Positions 46,427 to 56,210 of a stretch of 64,000 nucleotides of DNA are shown one piece after another. This DNA is from Chloroflexota bacterium (GTDB taxonomy: Bacteria > Chloroflexota > UBA6077 > FW602-bin22 > JBCLEL01). The notes below the pieces were generated by a model that saw only the letters and a list, made by a program, of their open reading frames with translations, was not told the origin of the DNA and ran no database searches. The DNA is taken from positions 5,411 through 69,410 of the forward strand of contig CAXXUG010000010.1 in NCBI GenBank assembly GCA_963664835.2, given 5' to 3'. The translations under genes were made by a program, and so were the position numbers. Numbering within the stretch: the stretch's first letter is position 1; each line of letters opens with the position of its first letter.

Positions 46427-47635
46427 TTGACCGAGCGGCTTTACTACACCGACTCGTTTCTGACCGAGTTTACGAGCCGGATCGTGGACCTGAGACGGGC
46501 GAACGACGAAGTGATCGTCGAGCTTTCCGCAACCGCGTTCTACCCAACTTCCGGGGGCCAACCCCACGATGTTGGATACTTGGGCAGTTGCGCCGTCACG
46601 GACGTATTCCAAGAACAAGATCGTGTGTTGCACGTAGTGAATGGCGGCCGGGACCTAGAGACGAACCGGCAGGTGGAGTGCTCGATAGATTGGCCGCGCC
46701 GGTTCGACCATATGCAGCACCACTCGGGACAGCACATTCTGTCGCAGGCGGCATTGAGGCTGTTTGATGCACCTACCGAGGGTTTCCACCTGAGTGGCCG
46801 GTCGGTGACGGTCGACCTGGATATCGATTCGATGGGACATGAACAGGCCGCCGAACTCGAACGGTACGCCAATCGGATCGTCTGGGAGGACCGGCCGGTG
46901 TCGGTTTCGTTCACCGATGACGGGCTCGACGCCGGCACGCGATACCGCGGCCTCTACGACGGCGTGTCGAAGTTGCGGATAGTCGAGATTGCGGATTTCG
47001 ACCGCTCCGCGTGCGGCGGGACTCACGTAAGCCGGACCGGCCAGGTTGGCCTGATAAAGATCCTGGGGACTGAGAAGGTGCGCCAACATACGCGGGTCCA
47101 CTTCGTTTGCGGAGGACGCGCGTTGGCCGACTACCAAGACCGAAATCTGGTTGCTCGCGAGCTCGTCGGCATGATTGGGGTGCAGCAGTCCGACTTGCGC
47201 GCGTCGGTAAGACGTTTGATGCAGAACGACCGGGCTAACCGACGCGAAGTGCAGGAGCTCAGAGCCGAGCTACTTCGGTATTGGGCCCAGGACTGGCTCA
47301 AACAAGCGCGAACGGTGGAGGTTAGTGGAAGGCCGTCGAAACTGGTGGAGGTCGAAGTGCAGTTGCCGGAGGGGATGAAGCCGAAGCAGGTCGCCGGCGC
47401 TGCGATCGACGCCGGAGCGGACGTCGCGGTCGTTGGCTGCCGGGGCGCTACGATGGCCGCGGTGGTGATGTGCAAGCCGGATGTACCGCTCGACTGCGGC
47501 CGGGTGGTAAGAGGTGTGTGCGCTTCGCTAGGTTTGAGAGGCGGGGGTTCGCCCGGCTTCGCGCAGATAGGCGGCTTCCAAGGCGAACAGATGCCGGAGG
47601 TCATCTCGGCGTTGGCCGAGGAGATTGCCGGATAG
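46427..47635 (+). CDS. Alanyl-tRNA editing protein (AlaX-L type; tRNA_SAD plus DHHA1-like C-terminus)
   Basis: MTERLYYTDSFLTEF, zinc motifs HHSGQHIL and CGGTHV. TTG start. Confidence 0.8.
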   Translation: MTERLYYTDSFLTEFTSRIVDLRRANDEVIVELSATAFYPTSGGQPHDVGYLGSCAVTDVFQEQDRVLHVVNGGRDLETNRQVECSIDWPRRFDHMQHHSGQHILSQAALRLFDAPTEGFHLSGRSVTVDLDIDSMGHEQAAELERYANRIVWEDRPVSVSFTDDGLDAGTRYRGLYDGVSKLRIVEIADFDRSACGGTHVSRTGQVGLIKILGTEKVRQHTRVHFVCGGRALADYQDRNLVARELVGMIGVQQSDLRASVRRLMQNDRANRREVQELRAELLRYWAQDWLKQARTVEVSGRPSKLVEVEVQLPEGMKPKQVAGAAIDAGADVAVVGCRGATMAAVVMCKPDVPLDCGRVVRGVCASLGLRGGGSPGFAQIGGFQGEQMPEVISALAEEIAG

Positions 47636-47699
47636 AGAACCACCCACTGCCTGGAAAGGCCACGCAAGATGATGAGAATCGTAGCGCGGGACTCTGCCG

Positions 47700-48060
47700 A
47701 TTAAGTGGCCATCCTGCTTCTCCCCCTTTGGACTCCAGTGCCGTGTCCGCGTACAGGGCAGGCGTCCGACGCGGACGGACTCTGCCATACCTCCCAACCA
47801 CCCCTCTGGATTCCCGTCCGCCTAAGGCGGATACAGGGCACGCTTCTTGCGGCAATGACGAACGCGGCGCGGTTCTCGCCTAGCTGACGACATCGGGATC
47901 GCGTTAAGCGCAACGTTCATTGCCGCGCATTCCCCTCCCTTCTGGATCCGGCTCCGTTCAGGTGGACACGCCACGCCTTCAATCATCCCCTTAGCGAAAC
48001 GGGGGCCGGAGTGACCATTGGGAGCGCCGTGTCGCACGGGGTGGTATCGAGAGCCATTGC
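47700..48060 (+). repeat. Intergenic GC-rich repeat block R3 (at least 3 concatenated modules)
   Basis: cccctctggattcccgtccgcctaaggcgga..., cattcccctcccttctggatccggctccg... (compare 50213-50245), and ...gggggccggagtgaccattgggagcg...ggtggtatcgagagcc. Confidence 0.65.
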
Positions 48061-48066
48061 AGGAAT

Positions 48067-48368
48067 CTGTTTTCATAGTAATCGCTCATGCCGGTTTCCG
48101 CCGGCACACCAAGACTTGAAAATGGCTGCGTTGGTTGGCGCGACTCTTGGACAGTGGTTCGGGGTCACGGTTTGTTACCGGACTGCCGGGAGCGGGGGAC
48201 AAGCCCCCGCGCTACATTTCCCATCCCCGCCCCTTCCGGAGTCCGGCCCCGTATCGACCTACCGGCCACGCCTCGAATCGACCGCTTGGGGAAATCGGGG
48301 GCCGGAATTGCGAATGGAGGGGCCGGAAAAACGAGTGCGGGAGCCATGGAATGCGGACCCTCTCGGGA
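48067..48368 (+). repeat. Intergenic GC-rich repeat, long-form copy R4
   Basis: The 5' end tgttttcatagtaatcgctcatgccgg matches 59087-59113. The core is gcgggggacaagcccccgc (48192-48210) followed by gctacatttccc, and the 3' module matches R1. Confidence 0.8.
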
Positions 48369-48409
48369 TCACGTCAGATCAATTTCGTACCCATGAGCGT
48401 GACGCCGGC

Positions 48410-48793
48410 TCACCGGGCGGGGTCGGCCGCCGCCCTTTTCCGTTCGCACTCCGGGCAGGGGCATAGGGTGCGGAGATATTCCCAGGGATAAATGCCGGTC
48501 TCGTGGCCATCGGCCCAGCGTAGGTTCATCGCGTAGTCGCCTACCGGCGACATATCTACCAATTCCGTCTGCTCGGGGCGCAGGCTGGTTGTCGTGTGCA
48601 GCACGCCGGGCTGGCCGCCCTCTCCACGGCAGATGGCGCAGGGGCAGGCCCAACGCAGCGCCTCCCAATCGAAGCTGCTCTTGTGGCCGTCCATCCAGAC
48701 GATGTCGATTGTTCGGTTTTCGACCGAGCCGGAGATCACGTCCGGCCGGCGTTGCTCCAAGCTCAGCCGAAAAAGGGGTTTGGGTGCGTGCAT
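48410..48793 (-). CDS. DUF971 domain protein
   Basis: IVWMDGHKSSFDWEALRWACPCAICRGE ... LRWADGHETGIYPWEYLRTLCPCPEC. Confidence 0.8.
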   Translation of the reverse strand: MHAPKPLFRLSLEQRRPDVISGSVENRTIDIVWMDGHKSSFDWEALRWACPCAICRGEGGQPGVLHTTTSLRPEQTELVDMSPVGDYAMNLRWADGHETGIYPWEYLRTLCPCPECERKRAAADPAR

Positions 48794-49047
48794 GTTCCTT
48801 TCGCTCTATTGGGCATGTGCGCCTGTTTCAATCTAATATACTGACTGGCCGGCTGTTCTGAACAGGGAATAGAGTTGCGGGGGTCCGTTGGGTTACGTGA
48901 GTGAGAAGCCTGATTTCGGCGTTTCGGTACAGGTGGGGCGATTCCCAGTACTTTGTAGTCAACCCCTATCGCGAGCCGGCGGGCACCGCGCTCGCGCGCA
49001 GCCGGGCCACCGCGATCCGTTGATTGTCATCCAAGGAGTCAGAATCG

Positions 49048-50091
49048 ATGACCGGAGATAGCTTCAGACTAGTAGAGCCGGCCAAGCTGCGCGAGTGCGC
49101 GAAAGGAATACTCGAGTGGAAGGGAGTACCCGCCGCCGACGCGATCATCGCCGCCGAGACGCTGGTGGACGCCGATCTCAGAGGGGTCCACTCCCACGGG
49201 GTTCTCCGCATCGAGATGTACCTTGGCCAGATCGACAACGGAGAGATGAACGCCAGGGCAAACATCCGGGTCGCGAAAGACCTGGGGCCCCGGGTCTTGA
49301 TGGATGGCGACAGGGCGATGGGACAGGTATCCGGCTACCGAGCGATGGAGTTGGCGATCGAGAGGGCGCGGGAGCACGGAATCTCAAGCGTGTCGTTGCG
49401 GAACGGGCGTCACATCGGGGCGGCCGCATTCTACTCGATGATGGCGTCGGCGCAGGGGATGATCGGAATCACGGTGACGAATGCCGGCATCAACATGGTG
49501 CCGATTGGCGGAACATCGAAATTGGTGGGCAACAACCCATTGGGTATCGCGGTGCCCACGAACCGCGAGTTTCCGATGGTCTTGGACGTGGCGACGAGCG
49601 TCGCAGCCGGCGGCAAACTCGACGTGGCGATCAGCAAGGGCCAGAAGATTCCGTTCGGTTGGGCGTTAGACCCCGATGGGGACCCGACGGATGACCCCCT
49701 GCTGGCCCGGGAGGGCTCTCTACTGCCGGTAGGCGGCCACAAGGGCTACGGTTTGGCGGTGATGTTCGACGTGTTGGCCGGAGTCCTGTCCGGCGGCCGT
49801 TTCGGCGCCTGGCTTGGCATGTCCGGATCGAGTCAGCTGTTCGTAGCGATCGAGATCGAAGGGCTGATGCCGCTGAGCGAGTTCGGGTCGCGGATGGACG
49901 AGCTGATCGACCAGTTGCACACGGATAAGCCGGCGGAGGCCGGCGGGAGAATCTACGTGCCGGGCGAGATCGAGTGGGAGTTGTCCAGGGACAGACGTGA
50001 GAATGGCATTCCGCTGCCGATCAGCGTTGTGGACATGTTGGAGGGTTTTGCGAGTGACGGGGATGTGGATAGCCGGCCTTCGAGGTGGTAG
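49048..50091 (+). CDS. Ldh_2 family oxidoreductase (second paralog)
   Basis: DADLRGVHSHGV...NPLGIAVP...GGHKGYGLAVMFDVL. The start at ATG 49048 follows AAGGAG. Confidence 0.85.
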   Translation: MTGDSFRLVEPAKLRECAKGILEWKGVPAADAIIAAETLVDADLRGVHSHGVLRIEMYLGQIDNGEMNARANIRVAKDLGPRVLMDGDRAMGQVSGYRAMELAIERAREHGISSVSLRNGRHIGAAAFYSMMASAQGMIGITVTNAGINMVPIGGTSKLVGNNPLGIAVPTNREFPMVLDVATSVAAGGKLDVAISKGQKIPFGWALDPDGDPTDDPLLAREGSLLPVGGHKGYGLAVMFDVLAGVLSGGRFGAWLGMSGSSQLFVAIEIEGLMPLSEFGSRMDELIDQLHTDKPAEAGGRIYVPGEIEWELSRDRRENGIPLPISVVDMLEGFASDGDVDSRPSRW

Positions 50092-50285
50092 GTGGCGGGT
50101 GCCGGGGCGGCAAGGTATGAAAATCCGGCGTTGCGGTATTATGCGGCGGATTCGCGCGGGGGGATTCTGCCACGCCCAACCCCGACCCCAGCGGGGGACA
50201 AGCCCCCGCGCTACATTTCCCCTCCCTTCTGGATCCGGCCCCATACGGGTGTACGGTGGGGAGCCGCGGTTCCAGATTGGCGCGG
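50085..50285 (+). repeat. Intergenic GC-rich repeat, copy R5, filling the gap between two convergent stop codons
   Basis: ggcaaggtatgaaaatccggcgttgcggtattatgcgg...accccgaccccagcgggggacaagcccccgcgctacatttcccc. The core hairpin is at 50191-50209. Confidence 0.85.
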
Positions 50286-51719
50286 TCAGCCGCTGGCGGG
50301 GCCGCCGCCCAAGCCGGGCTCGGTCATCTTGGCCGGATCGAGGAGGTCGTCCAACTCGGAGTCGCTCAATGAGGTCATTTCGCGTGCGACTTCGCGGACG
50401 GTGCGGCCGGACTTGAATGCCTCCTTTGAGATCTCAGCGGCGGCATCGTAGCCGATCCTGGGGGTCAACGAGGTTGACATCGCTAGGCCGGACTCCACGC
50501 TCTCCGGGCCGCGGGCGGTCGCTTTCAGACCGACCACGCACTGGTCGGTAAAGTTCCGGCTGGCGGAGGCGAGCAGATCGAGCGACTGGAGCAGATTGTG
50601 GGCGACGACGGGCATCATGGTGTTGAGCTCGAAATAGCCGTGTTGGCCTCCGAACGAGATAGCGGCATCGTTGCCGACCACCTGGGCCACCACCTGGATG
50701 ACGGATTCGGGAATGACCGGATTCACCTTGCCTGGCATGATCGAACTGCCGGGCTGGACCTCGGGAAGGGCAAGCTCGCCCAGGCCGGCCCGGGGGCCGG
50801 ATCCAAGCAGCCGTACGTCGTTGGCTATCTTCAGGAGACTGACGGCCACCGCTCTCACCGCTCCGGAAGCGGCGACCACGTTGTCGAGTGTACTTTGGGC
50901 CTGGAAGTGGCTGTCTGTTTCGGTGATCTCAAGATCCAGGCTGTCGCTCAGGCGCTGGCAGACCCTGCCGGCGAACTCAGGATGGGCGTTTACGCCGGTG
51001 CCGACCGCTGTGCCGCCGAGCGCCACCTCGCCCAACTCCGCTTGGGCCGCGTTGAGACGGGAGATCCCGCGCTCGACCTGGCCGGCAAAGCCGGCGAACT
51101 CCTGGCCGAGCCGTATCGGCGTCGCGTCCTGGAGGTGAGTCCGTCCCATCTTGATTACGTCCATGAACTCATCGGACTTATCGGATAACGCCTGCTGGAG
51201 GTCATTTAGCGCCGGGATTAGAGATTCGGAGATTACCACCATCGCAGCCACGTGGATTGCGGTGGGAATGACGTCGTTGGAGGACTGGCAGGTGTTGACA
51301 TCGTCGTTCGGGTGGACGGACGAAGGGCCGGAGTTCCGCGCATCCCGGTTGCCACCGAGCAACTCTACGGCTCGGTTGGCGATAACTTCGTTCGCATTCA
51401 TGTTCGTGGAGGTGCCGGAGCCGGTCTGAAAGATATCTACGACGAACTGATCGTCGAGCTTTCCGTCCATACACTCGCCGGCGGCCCGCGCGATCGCGTC
51501 CGCGATCCGAGGATCAAGAAGGCCAAGCTCCGCATTGGTTTCGGCGGCCGCCTGCTTGATCGCGCACAGCGCCCTGATGAAGACTCGTGGAAATCTCAGA
51601 TCGGAAATAGGAAAGTTCAGGACGGCACGTTGGGTCTGGGCGCCGTAGTAGGCATCGGCCGGCACGGGCATCTCGCCCATCGAGTCCCGCTCTATTCGTG
51701 TAGGTAGATCGGATGACAT
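50286..51719 (-). CDS. fumC: Class II fumarate hydratase (aspartase/fumarase superfamily)
   Basis: GSSIMPGKVNP signature. FQTGSGTSTNMNANEVIAN and QSSNDVIPTA resemble FumC more than AspA. The start at ATG 51719 follows GGGAG. Confidence 0.8.
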   Translation of the reverse strand: MSSDLPTRIERDSMGEMPVPADAYYGAQTQRAVLNFPISDLRFPRVFIRALCAIKQAAAETNAELGLLDPRIADAIARAAGECMDGKLDDQFVVDIFQTGSGTSTNMNANEVIANRAVELLGGNRDARNSGPSSVHPNDDVNTCQSSNDVIPTAIHVAAMVVISESLIPALNDLQQALSDKSDEFMDVIKMGRTHLQDATPIRLGQEFAGFAGQVERGISRLNAAQAELGEVALGGTAVGTGVNAHPEFAGRVCQRLSDSLDLEITETDSHFQAQSTLDNVVAASGAVRAVAVSLLKIANDVRLLGSGPRAGLGELALPEVQPGSSIMPGKVNPVIPESVIQVVAQVVGNDAAISFGGQHGYFELNTMMPVVAHNLLQSLDLLASASRNFTDQCVVGLKATARGPESVESGLAMSTSLTPRIGYDAAAEISKEAFKSGRTVREVAREMTSLSDSELDDLLDPAKMTEPGLGGGPASG

Positions 51720-51909
51720 CAACACTCCCTGTCGCTCATGCGTGGTCTCGGTCCGGGGTTCAATCAGCGGCAGGCCTCTAACCGAGCAGTCCGCTCAGGC
51801 AGGTAATGACCGGATACAGGGCCCAACTGGACGTGAGACATATCTGCCGCCGTTCATTTGGGCTGGCGACCAACCGTTTATTTGACGAGGTTGTATTATA
51901 GCCGTCGTC

Positions 51910-53154
51910 ATGCAAGTAGGCTCAACAAGCTCCCCATCCGGCTACGAGCCCGGTTATCACGGCGGTCGTCGCCGGATTCTATTCTCCCTGACAGCGTGCC
52001 ACACGTTGAACGACATCCTCAACATCGTGATTGCGCCGCTGATTCCACTGCTTAGGCTGACGTTCGGACTGACTTTCTCGCAGGCCGGAGTGTTGCCCTT
52101 TCTGAGCCTGGCTCTATCTAGCGTATTGCAACCGACGCTGGGGTACCTTGCCGATCGGCGCCGCGCACGGATCCATCTCATGGGCATTGGGTTCATATTC
52201 ATGGCGGCAGGCATGCTCTTGATGGGAGTGGCCGACGGTTACATCGTGCTGCTGTTGGCGATGCTGGTAATAGGGACAGGCGCGAGCACCTATCATCCGC
52301 AGAGCGCGACGTTCATCGCATACTACTTCAAGGGTGAGCGGGGAAAGGCCCAGGGAATCCACGGGATCGGCAACGGGATAGCATTCATCCTGGCGCCGTT
52401 AATCGTCACAAGGCTGGGCCAGGATCTTGGATTCAGACCGGTGGTATTCCTTCTTGCCGCCCTTGGGATTGTCGGCGCTCTGATCATCTGGACCCAACTC
52501 AAGGAGCCGGCGGTTGTTGGGAGCCGAGGGCTTTGGGCCGGAGTCAACCGGAGCTTGATATTTCTCATGCTCGTCAACGGTTTGTCCATTGGAGTGCACA
52601 CCGGCGTAATAACCTGGCTGCCTTCGTTTTACTTCGATCGAGTTGGCAACCTATTCGTCGCCGGAACGCTGACCGCGGCGATGTCGATTTCGACACTGAT
52701 CGCGCAGCCGGTCGGGGGCAAGGTCTCCGACCTGATCGGCAGGCGGAACGTCCTGTTCATCTCGGTGCTGGGGTCAAGCGCGTCGTTGGCGTTGTTCGTA
52801 GCAGTTCCTGTACTGATGAATGCCCTCGGCATAGCCAGTGTCAGCGTCGGCACCGCAATTTTCGGCGATCTGCCACTGGTGGTCCTCTTGATGGTGCCGT
52901 TCACGATTCTGTTCGGATTCTGGGGGTCGTTGATGCCGCCGGTGACCATGGTATACGCATCTGAGCTGGCATCTGGCGAGCGCAGCGGGATGGCGGTAGG
53001 GATAGTGTGGGGAACGGGTACTGCCCTCTCGTCGGTGTTTCCGTTGATCACCGGCGTGATGATTGAAAACTGGGGATTCGACCTGACGTTCCTCTCGTTG
53101 GTCTTTGTCGGCCCGTTGATCGCTCTGATCGCGGCACTACTGCCCAGAGGATGA
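51910..53154 (+). CDS. MFS transporter
   Basis: About 12 hydrophobic segments and an MFS-like loop LGYLADRRRAR. Confidence 0.8.
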   Translation: MQVGSTSSPSGYEPGYHGGRRRILFSLTACHTLNDILNIVIAPLIPLLRLTFGLTFSQAGVLPFLSLALSSVLQPTLGYLADRRRARIHLMGIGFIFMAAGMLLMGVADGYIVLLLAMLVIGTGASTYHPQSATFIAYYFKGERGKAQGIHGIGNGIAFILAPLIVTRLGQDLGFRPVVFLLAALGIVGALIIWTQLKEPAVVGSRGLWAGVNRSLIFLMLVNGLSIGVHTGVITWLPSFYFDRVGNLFVAGTLTAAMSISTLIAQPVGGKVSDLIGRRNVLFISVLGSSASLALFVAVPVLMNALGIASVSVGTAIFGDLPLVVLLMVPFTILFGFWGSLMPPVTMVYASELASGERSGMAVGIVWGTGTALSSVFPLITGVMIENWGFDLTFLSLVFVGPLIALIAALLPRG

Positions 53155-53195
53155 ATGCGCCAGTCGGCTTAGCGTGACAGAGGACGACGGTCAAA

Positions 53196-54305
53196 CTATC
53201 GGCGTCTGGCCAACCTGTAAATCCGCTCGAACTCCTCCAAGAATTGTGCTGCTACGTTGGGGTCATGAATGACGAGGACGTTTTCGTCATTGGCGCCCGC
53301 CGCGCTGGCCGAGAAATTGAACGATCCGGTAACTACGGTCCGGCCATCGACGATGATCACCTTGTGATGCATGCTGTTTGGGTTGCCGTCCAGGTATACC
53401 GACAGCCCGGCCTGGCGCAACATGCTGTACTCGGCCGCGTCAGTTCTGGCACCGAAACGCTCGAACACGCCGGCGACCTCGGGCCCGCGGCCGGCGGCTC
53501 GTCTCAGGGAGGCGCCGATACGGTCGTGGGTGAGGATGAAGGTCATGAATCTGATGCGCCGCTCGGCGCGTTCGATGAGCTGGGTGAGCCGGTCGATGAT
53601 TGTCGGATCGGCCGGCGCGAAGTAGACCTCGAGGCTCGCATCGCCGACGTGGATAGGGTTCGCGACCGTGATTGTTTCTTTTTCGGGGCCGAACTTACGC
53701 CCGGTAAACATCTGCTCGAACTCACGCTCGAAAGCGGCGGCCAATTCGGGCGAGTGAACGACGACCGCGTTGTTGTCGTTACGGTAGGTACCGACTTCCG
53801 TCATGTTCCAGGATCCAGTCCACACCGTGTCGCCGTCGCGAATGACGAACTTGTTGTGCATGGTTCCAGAGCGATCGTCGGCGACGACGGGGATGCCGGC
53901 GGCTCGGAGAACGTCGAACGCGCTCGGCGAGCCGGCGTCCCCGCCTTTCTCCAGCGAGTCGCTATCGGTCACCACGCGAACCCGGACCCCTCGACTCTTT
54001 GCCCGGACCAGAGCTTCGGCGATCTCAGACAAGTCCAGCTTGTAGACAGCGACGTCAATGGTCGTGCTCGCTCCTTCTACAAACGCAATGAGATCCCTGT
54101 TTAGGGACGGGCGCCGGCTCTCCACCCGGTCCGAATCGATGGGATCGGTGAACATGACCCTGATTGACCCGTCTGTGGGCCGCTCCGCCACAGGAGTCGA
54201 AGGAATGGCTACGGCCGGCAGAATAGTGCCGGTTAGGAACCTTGGTGCAGCGATAGCAATGGCGACGGCCAGTGCGACCAAGCCGGCGAGCAGAATACGA
54301 CTCAC
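53196..54305 (-). CDS. Phospholipase D/nuclease superfamily protein with two HKD motifs and an N-terminal membrane anchor or signal
   Basis: HNKFVIRDGDTVWTGSWNMT and HHKVIIVDGRTVVTGSFNFS. N-terminus MSRILLAGLVALAVAIAIAAP. Confidence 0.85.
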   Translation of the reverse strand: MSRILLAGLVALAVAIAIAAPRFLTGTILPAVAIPSTPVAERPTDGSIRVMFTDPIDSDRVESRRPSLNRDLIAFVEGASTTIDVAVYKLDLSEIAEALVRAKSRGVRVRVVTDSDSLEKGGDAGSPSAFDVLRAAGIPVVADDRSGTMHNKFVIRDGDTVWTGSWNMTEVGTYRNDNNAVVVHSPELAAAFEREFEQMFTGRKFGPEKETITVANPIHVGDASLEVYFAPADPTIIDRLTQLIERAERRIRFMTFILTHDRIGASLRRAAGRGPEVAGVFERFGARTDAAEYSMLRQAGLSVYLDGNPNSMHHKVIIVDGRTVVTGSFNFSASAAGANDENVLVIHDPNVAAQFLEEFERIYRLARRR

Positions 54306-54453
54306 GACTCTCGAATTTCCGACTGGAGCTCAGTAAACCCCAAGACAGCGGGCCTCAAGCATAAGTATGAAACGCCGGCGCGAATCTGCGGCTGCGAATC
54401 CCGACAATCATCATGAGAGTGGGGGCGCAACGGCGACTTGGCGAGTAGACACA

Positions 54454-54852
54454 CTACATCCCAGGCGTGCTATCGGTGGGTGACGACATCCCCCGCAGTC
54501 GAAGCCGATCGGCTTTCCGCAGCCCTTGGACCACGAGTTTGTAGGAGTCATCGATCATATCGACAATGAGATCGTTCGGGACACTGCCATCGAGGACCAC
54601 CGTATTCCAGTGCCGCTTACTCATGTGGTAGCCGGGGATGATGCCGGTATAGCGTTGGCGCAGGACCTGGGCAAAATCGGGGTCGCACTTCAGATTGATT
54701 CGCAGGGGATCGTCATCCACTCCAATCAAGGCAAACATCTTGCCCATTACCTTGAAGACCAACGCAGATGGGCCAAATGGCATTTCTTCGGTAGCGCCTA
54801 GCTTACGCATCAGATGGGTGTGGAGAGTCTCGAAGTCCATATGGGGAGACAT
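54454..54852 (-). CDS. MmcQ/YjbR family protein
   Basis: PFGPSALVFKVMGKMFALI...LKCDP...YHMSKRHWNTVVLDG. Confidence 0.8.
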   Translation of the reverse strand: MSPHMDFETLHTHLMRKLGATEEMPFGPSALVFKVMGKMFALIGVDDDPLRINLKCDPDFAQVLRQRYTGIIPGYHMSKRHWNTVVLDGSVPNDLIVDMIDDSYKLVVQGLRKADRLRLRGMSSPTDSTPGM

Positions 54853-54854
54853 TG

Positions 54855-55135
54855 TAACGCCGGGGGCGTGGCGTCAAGTGGGGAGGGACGGGTGCCAGGT
54901 CGGGAACGCCGGCAAGTGGGAGGTCGCGAGGGTTGTCGACGCCACCCTCTCCACACCCCGACCCCAGCGGGGGACAAGCCTCCGCGCTACATTCCCCGTC
55001 CCCACGTCCACACAATCCGGCGCATTTGTGCGGTTATCACAACACACTATTGGCGACTGCGGAGTTGGTGGGTTTCAGCACCGGTGGCAATTAGGAAGCG
55101 AGGCCGGCCGAGGGGAACGCGGCAAATTGACAATC
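54855..55135 (+). repeat. Intergenic GC-rich repeat, copy R6
   Basis: caccccgaccccagcgggggacaagcctccgcgctacattcccc. The core is at 54967-54985 with 1 mismatch, and the flanks are degenerate. Confidence 0.6.
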
Positions 55136-55209
55136 ACGGTCGCATTTCATATGTTTGGCGCGGGGCCGGAAGCCTCACATGTCGACAAACGCAACGAGAG
55201 GAAGCACGA

Positions 55210-56169
55210 GTGACAATCAAGGTATTGATACAGTCCAGTTTAGTCACGGGCGATGTCGAAGAGCTAAGGAGGAGTTTTCCCCAAGTTGAGATCGTGGCGT
55301 CGCCGTCGGATGAAGAAGTCCCATCGCTCATCGGTGACGCGGACGTTTTCTTCGGAATTCTGTCGCCGGAAATATACGCCGCGGCCAAGAATCTGAAGTG
55401 GCTGCAGGCGTTGAGCGCCGGCGTCGAATGGCTGGCGGACATTCCGGGCGCCACAGACTCGGACCTGATCGTTACGAATACGAGGGGCGCCCACGCCCAG
55501 ACGATTGCCGAGCACACGTTCGCCCTGATTCTGTCGCTCACCCGGATGATGAAGGCACATCTACGAGACCAATTAGCTCGGGATTGGGAGCCGAAACGAT
55601 ACTTAGGACAGATGCAAGGACTCGCCGGCAAGACGATGGGCATCGTGGGTCTGGGGCAGATCGGATCGGCGATCGTAAGACGGGCTCACGGGTTCGAGAT
55701 GGAAGTCTACGCGGTGGATGTGGTGCCATTTCCGCATGAACCGCACGTCCGGCGCCGGTGGGGTCTGGACGGAACCGACGAGCTTTGCAAACTCGCCGAT
55801 TTTCTCGTGATATCGGCGCCTCTCACTCCGGAGAGCCGGGGACTGATCGACGCCCGCAGGATCGGGTTGTTGAAGCCCTCCGCATACGTCATAGCGGTGT
55901 CTCGGGGCAATATCGTTGACGAGCAGGCGCTGATCGCGGCACTTCAAGAGGGCCGGATCGCGGGAGCCGGCCTGGACGTGACCGCGGTAGAGCCTCCGCC
56001 GGATGATAGTCCCCTTTGGGATATGGAGAACGTGGTGATGACACCGCACGACTCGCCGGTGTCGGACCGAACGTTCGACTGGGTATGGAGAATCTTCGTG
56101 GAGAACCTGTCTCGATACGTGAACGGGACACCGCTGTTCAATATTGTGAATAAGAGGGCCGGCTTCTAG
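55210..56169 (+). CDS. D-isomer-specific 2-hydroxyacid dehydrogenase family
   Basis: GKTMGIVGLGQIGS...VSRGNIVDE...GLDVTAVEP...TPHDS. I placed the start at GTG 55210. The ORF-track N-terminal extension from 54814 is a translation of repeat R6. Confidence 0.85.
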   Translation: MTIKVLIQSSLVTGDVEELRRSFPQVEIVASPSDEEVPSLIGDADVFFGILSPEIYAAAKNLKWLQALSAGVEWLADIPGATDSDLIVTNTRGAHAQTIAEHTFALILSLTRMMKAHLRDQLARDWEPKRYLGQMQGLAGKTMGIVGLGQIGSAIVRRAHGFEMEVYAVDVVPFPHEPHVRRRWGLDGTDELCKLADFLVISAPLTPESRGLIDARRIGLLKPSAYVIAVSRGNIVDEQALIAALQEGRIAGAGLDVTAVEPPPDDSPLWDMENVVMTPHDSPVSDRTFDWVWRIFVENLSRYVNGTPLFNIVNKRAGF

Positions 56170-56210
56170 AGGTTCTCCTACCGTCGCCGCAGCGAGAGAG
56201 GAGGCGCAGC

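Noticed and set aside
47700-48368. Possible CRISPR array, because of closely spaced GC-rich repeats
   Set aside because: The repeats have heterogeneous length and sequence, with no constant repeat or spacer periodicity. There are no cas genes in the window.
54814-55209. 132-codon N-terminal extension of the 2-hydroxyacid dehydrogenase ORF
   Set aside because: The extension is a read-through of repeat R6 (it contains PTPAGDKPPRYIP). The dehydrogenase homology begins at VTIKVLIQ, with a Shine-Dalgarno sequence and GTG at 55210.
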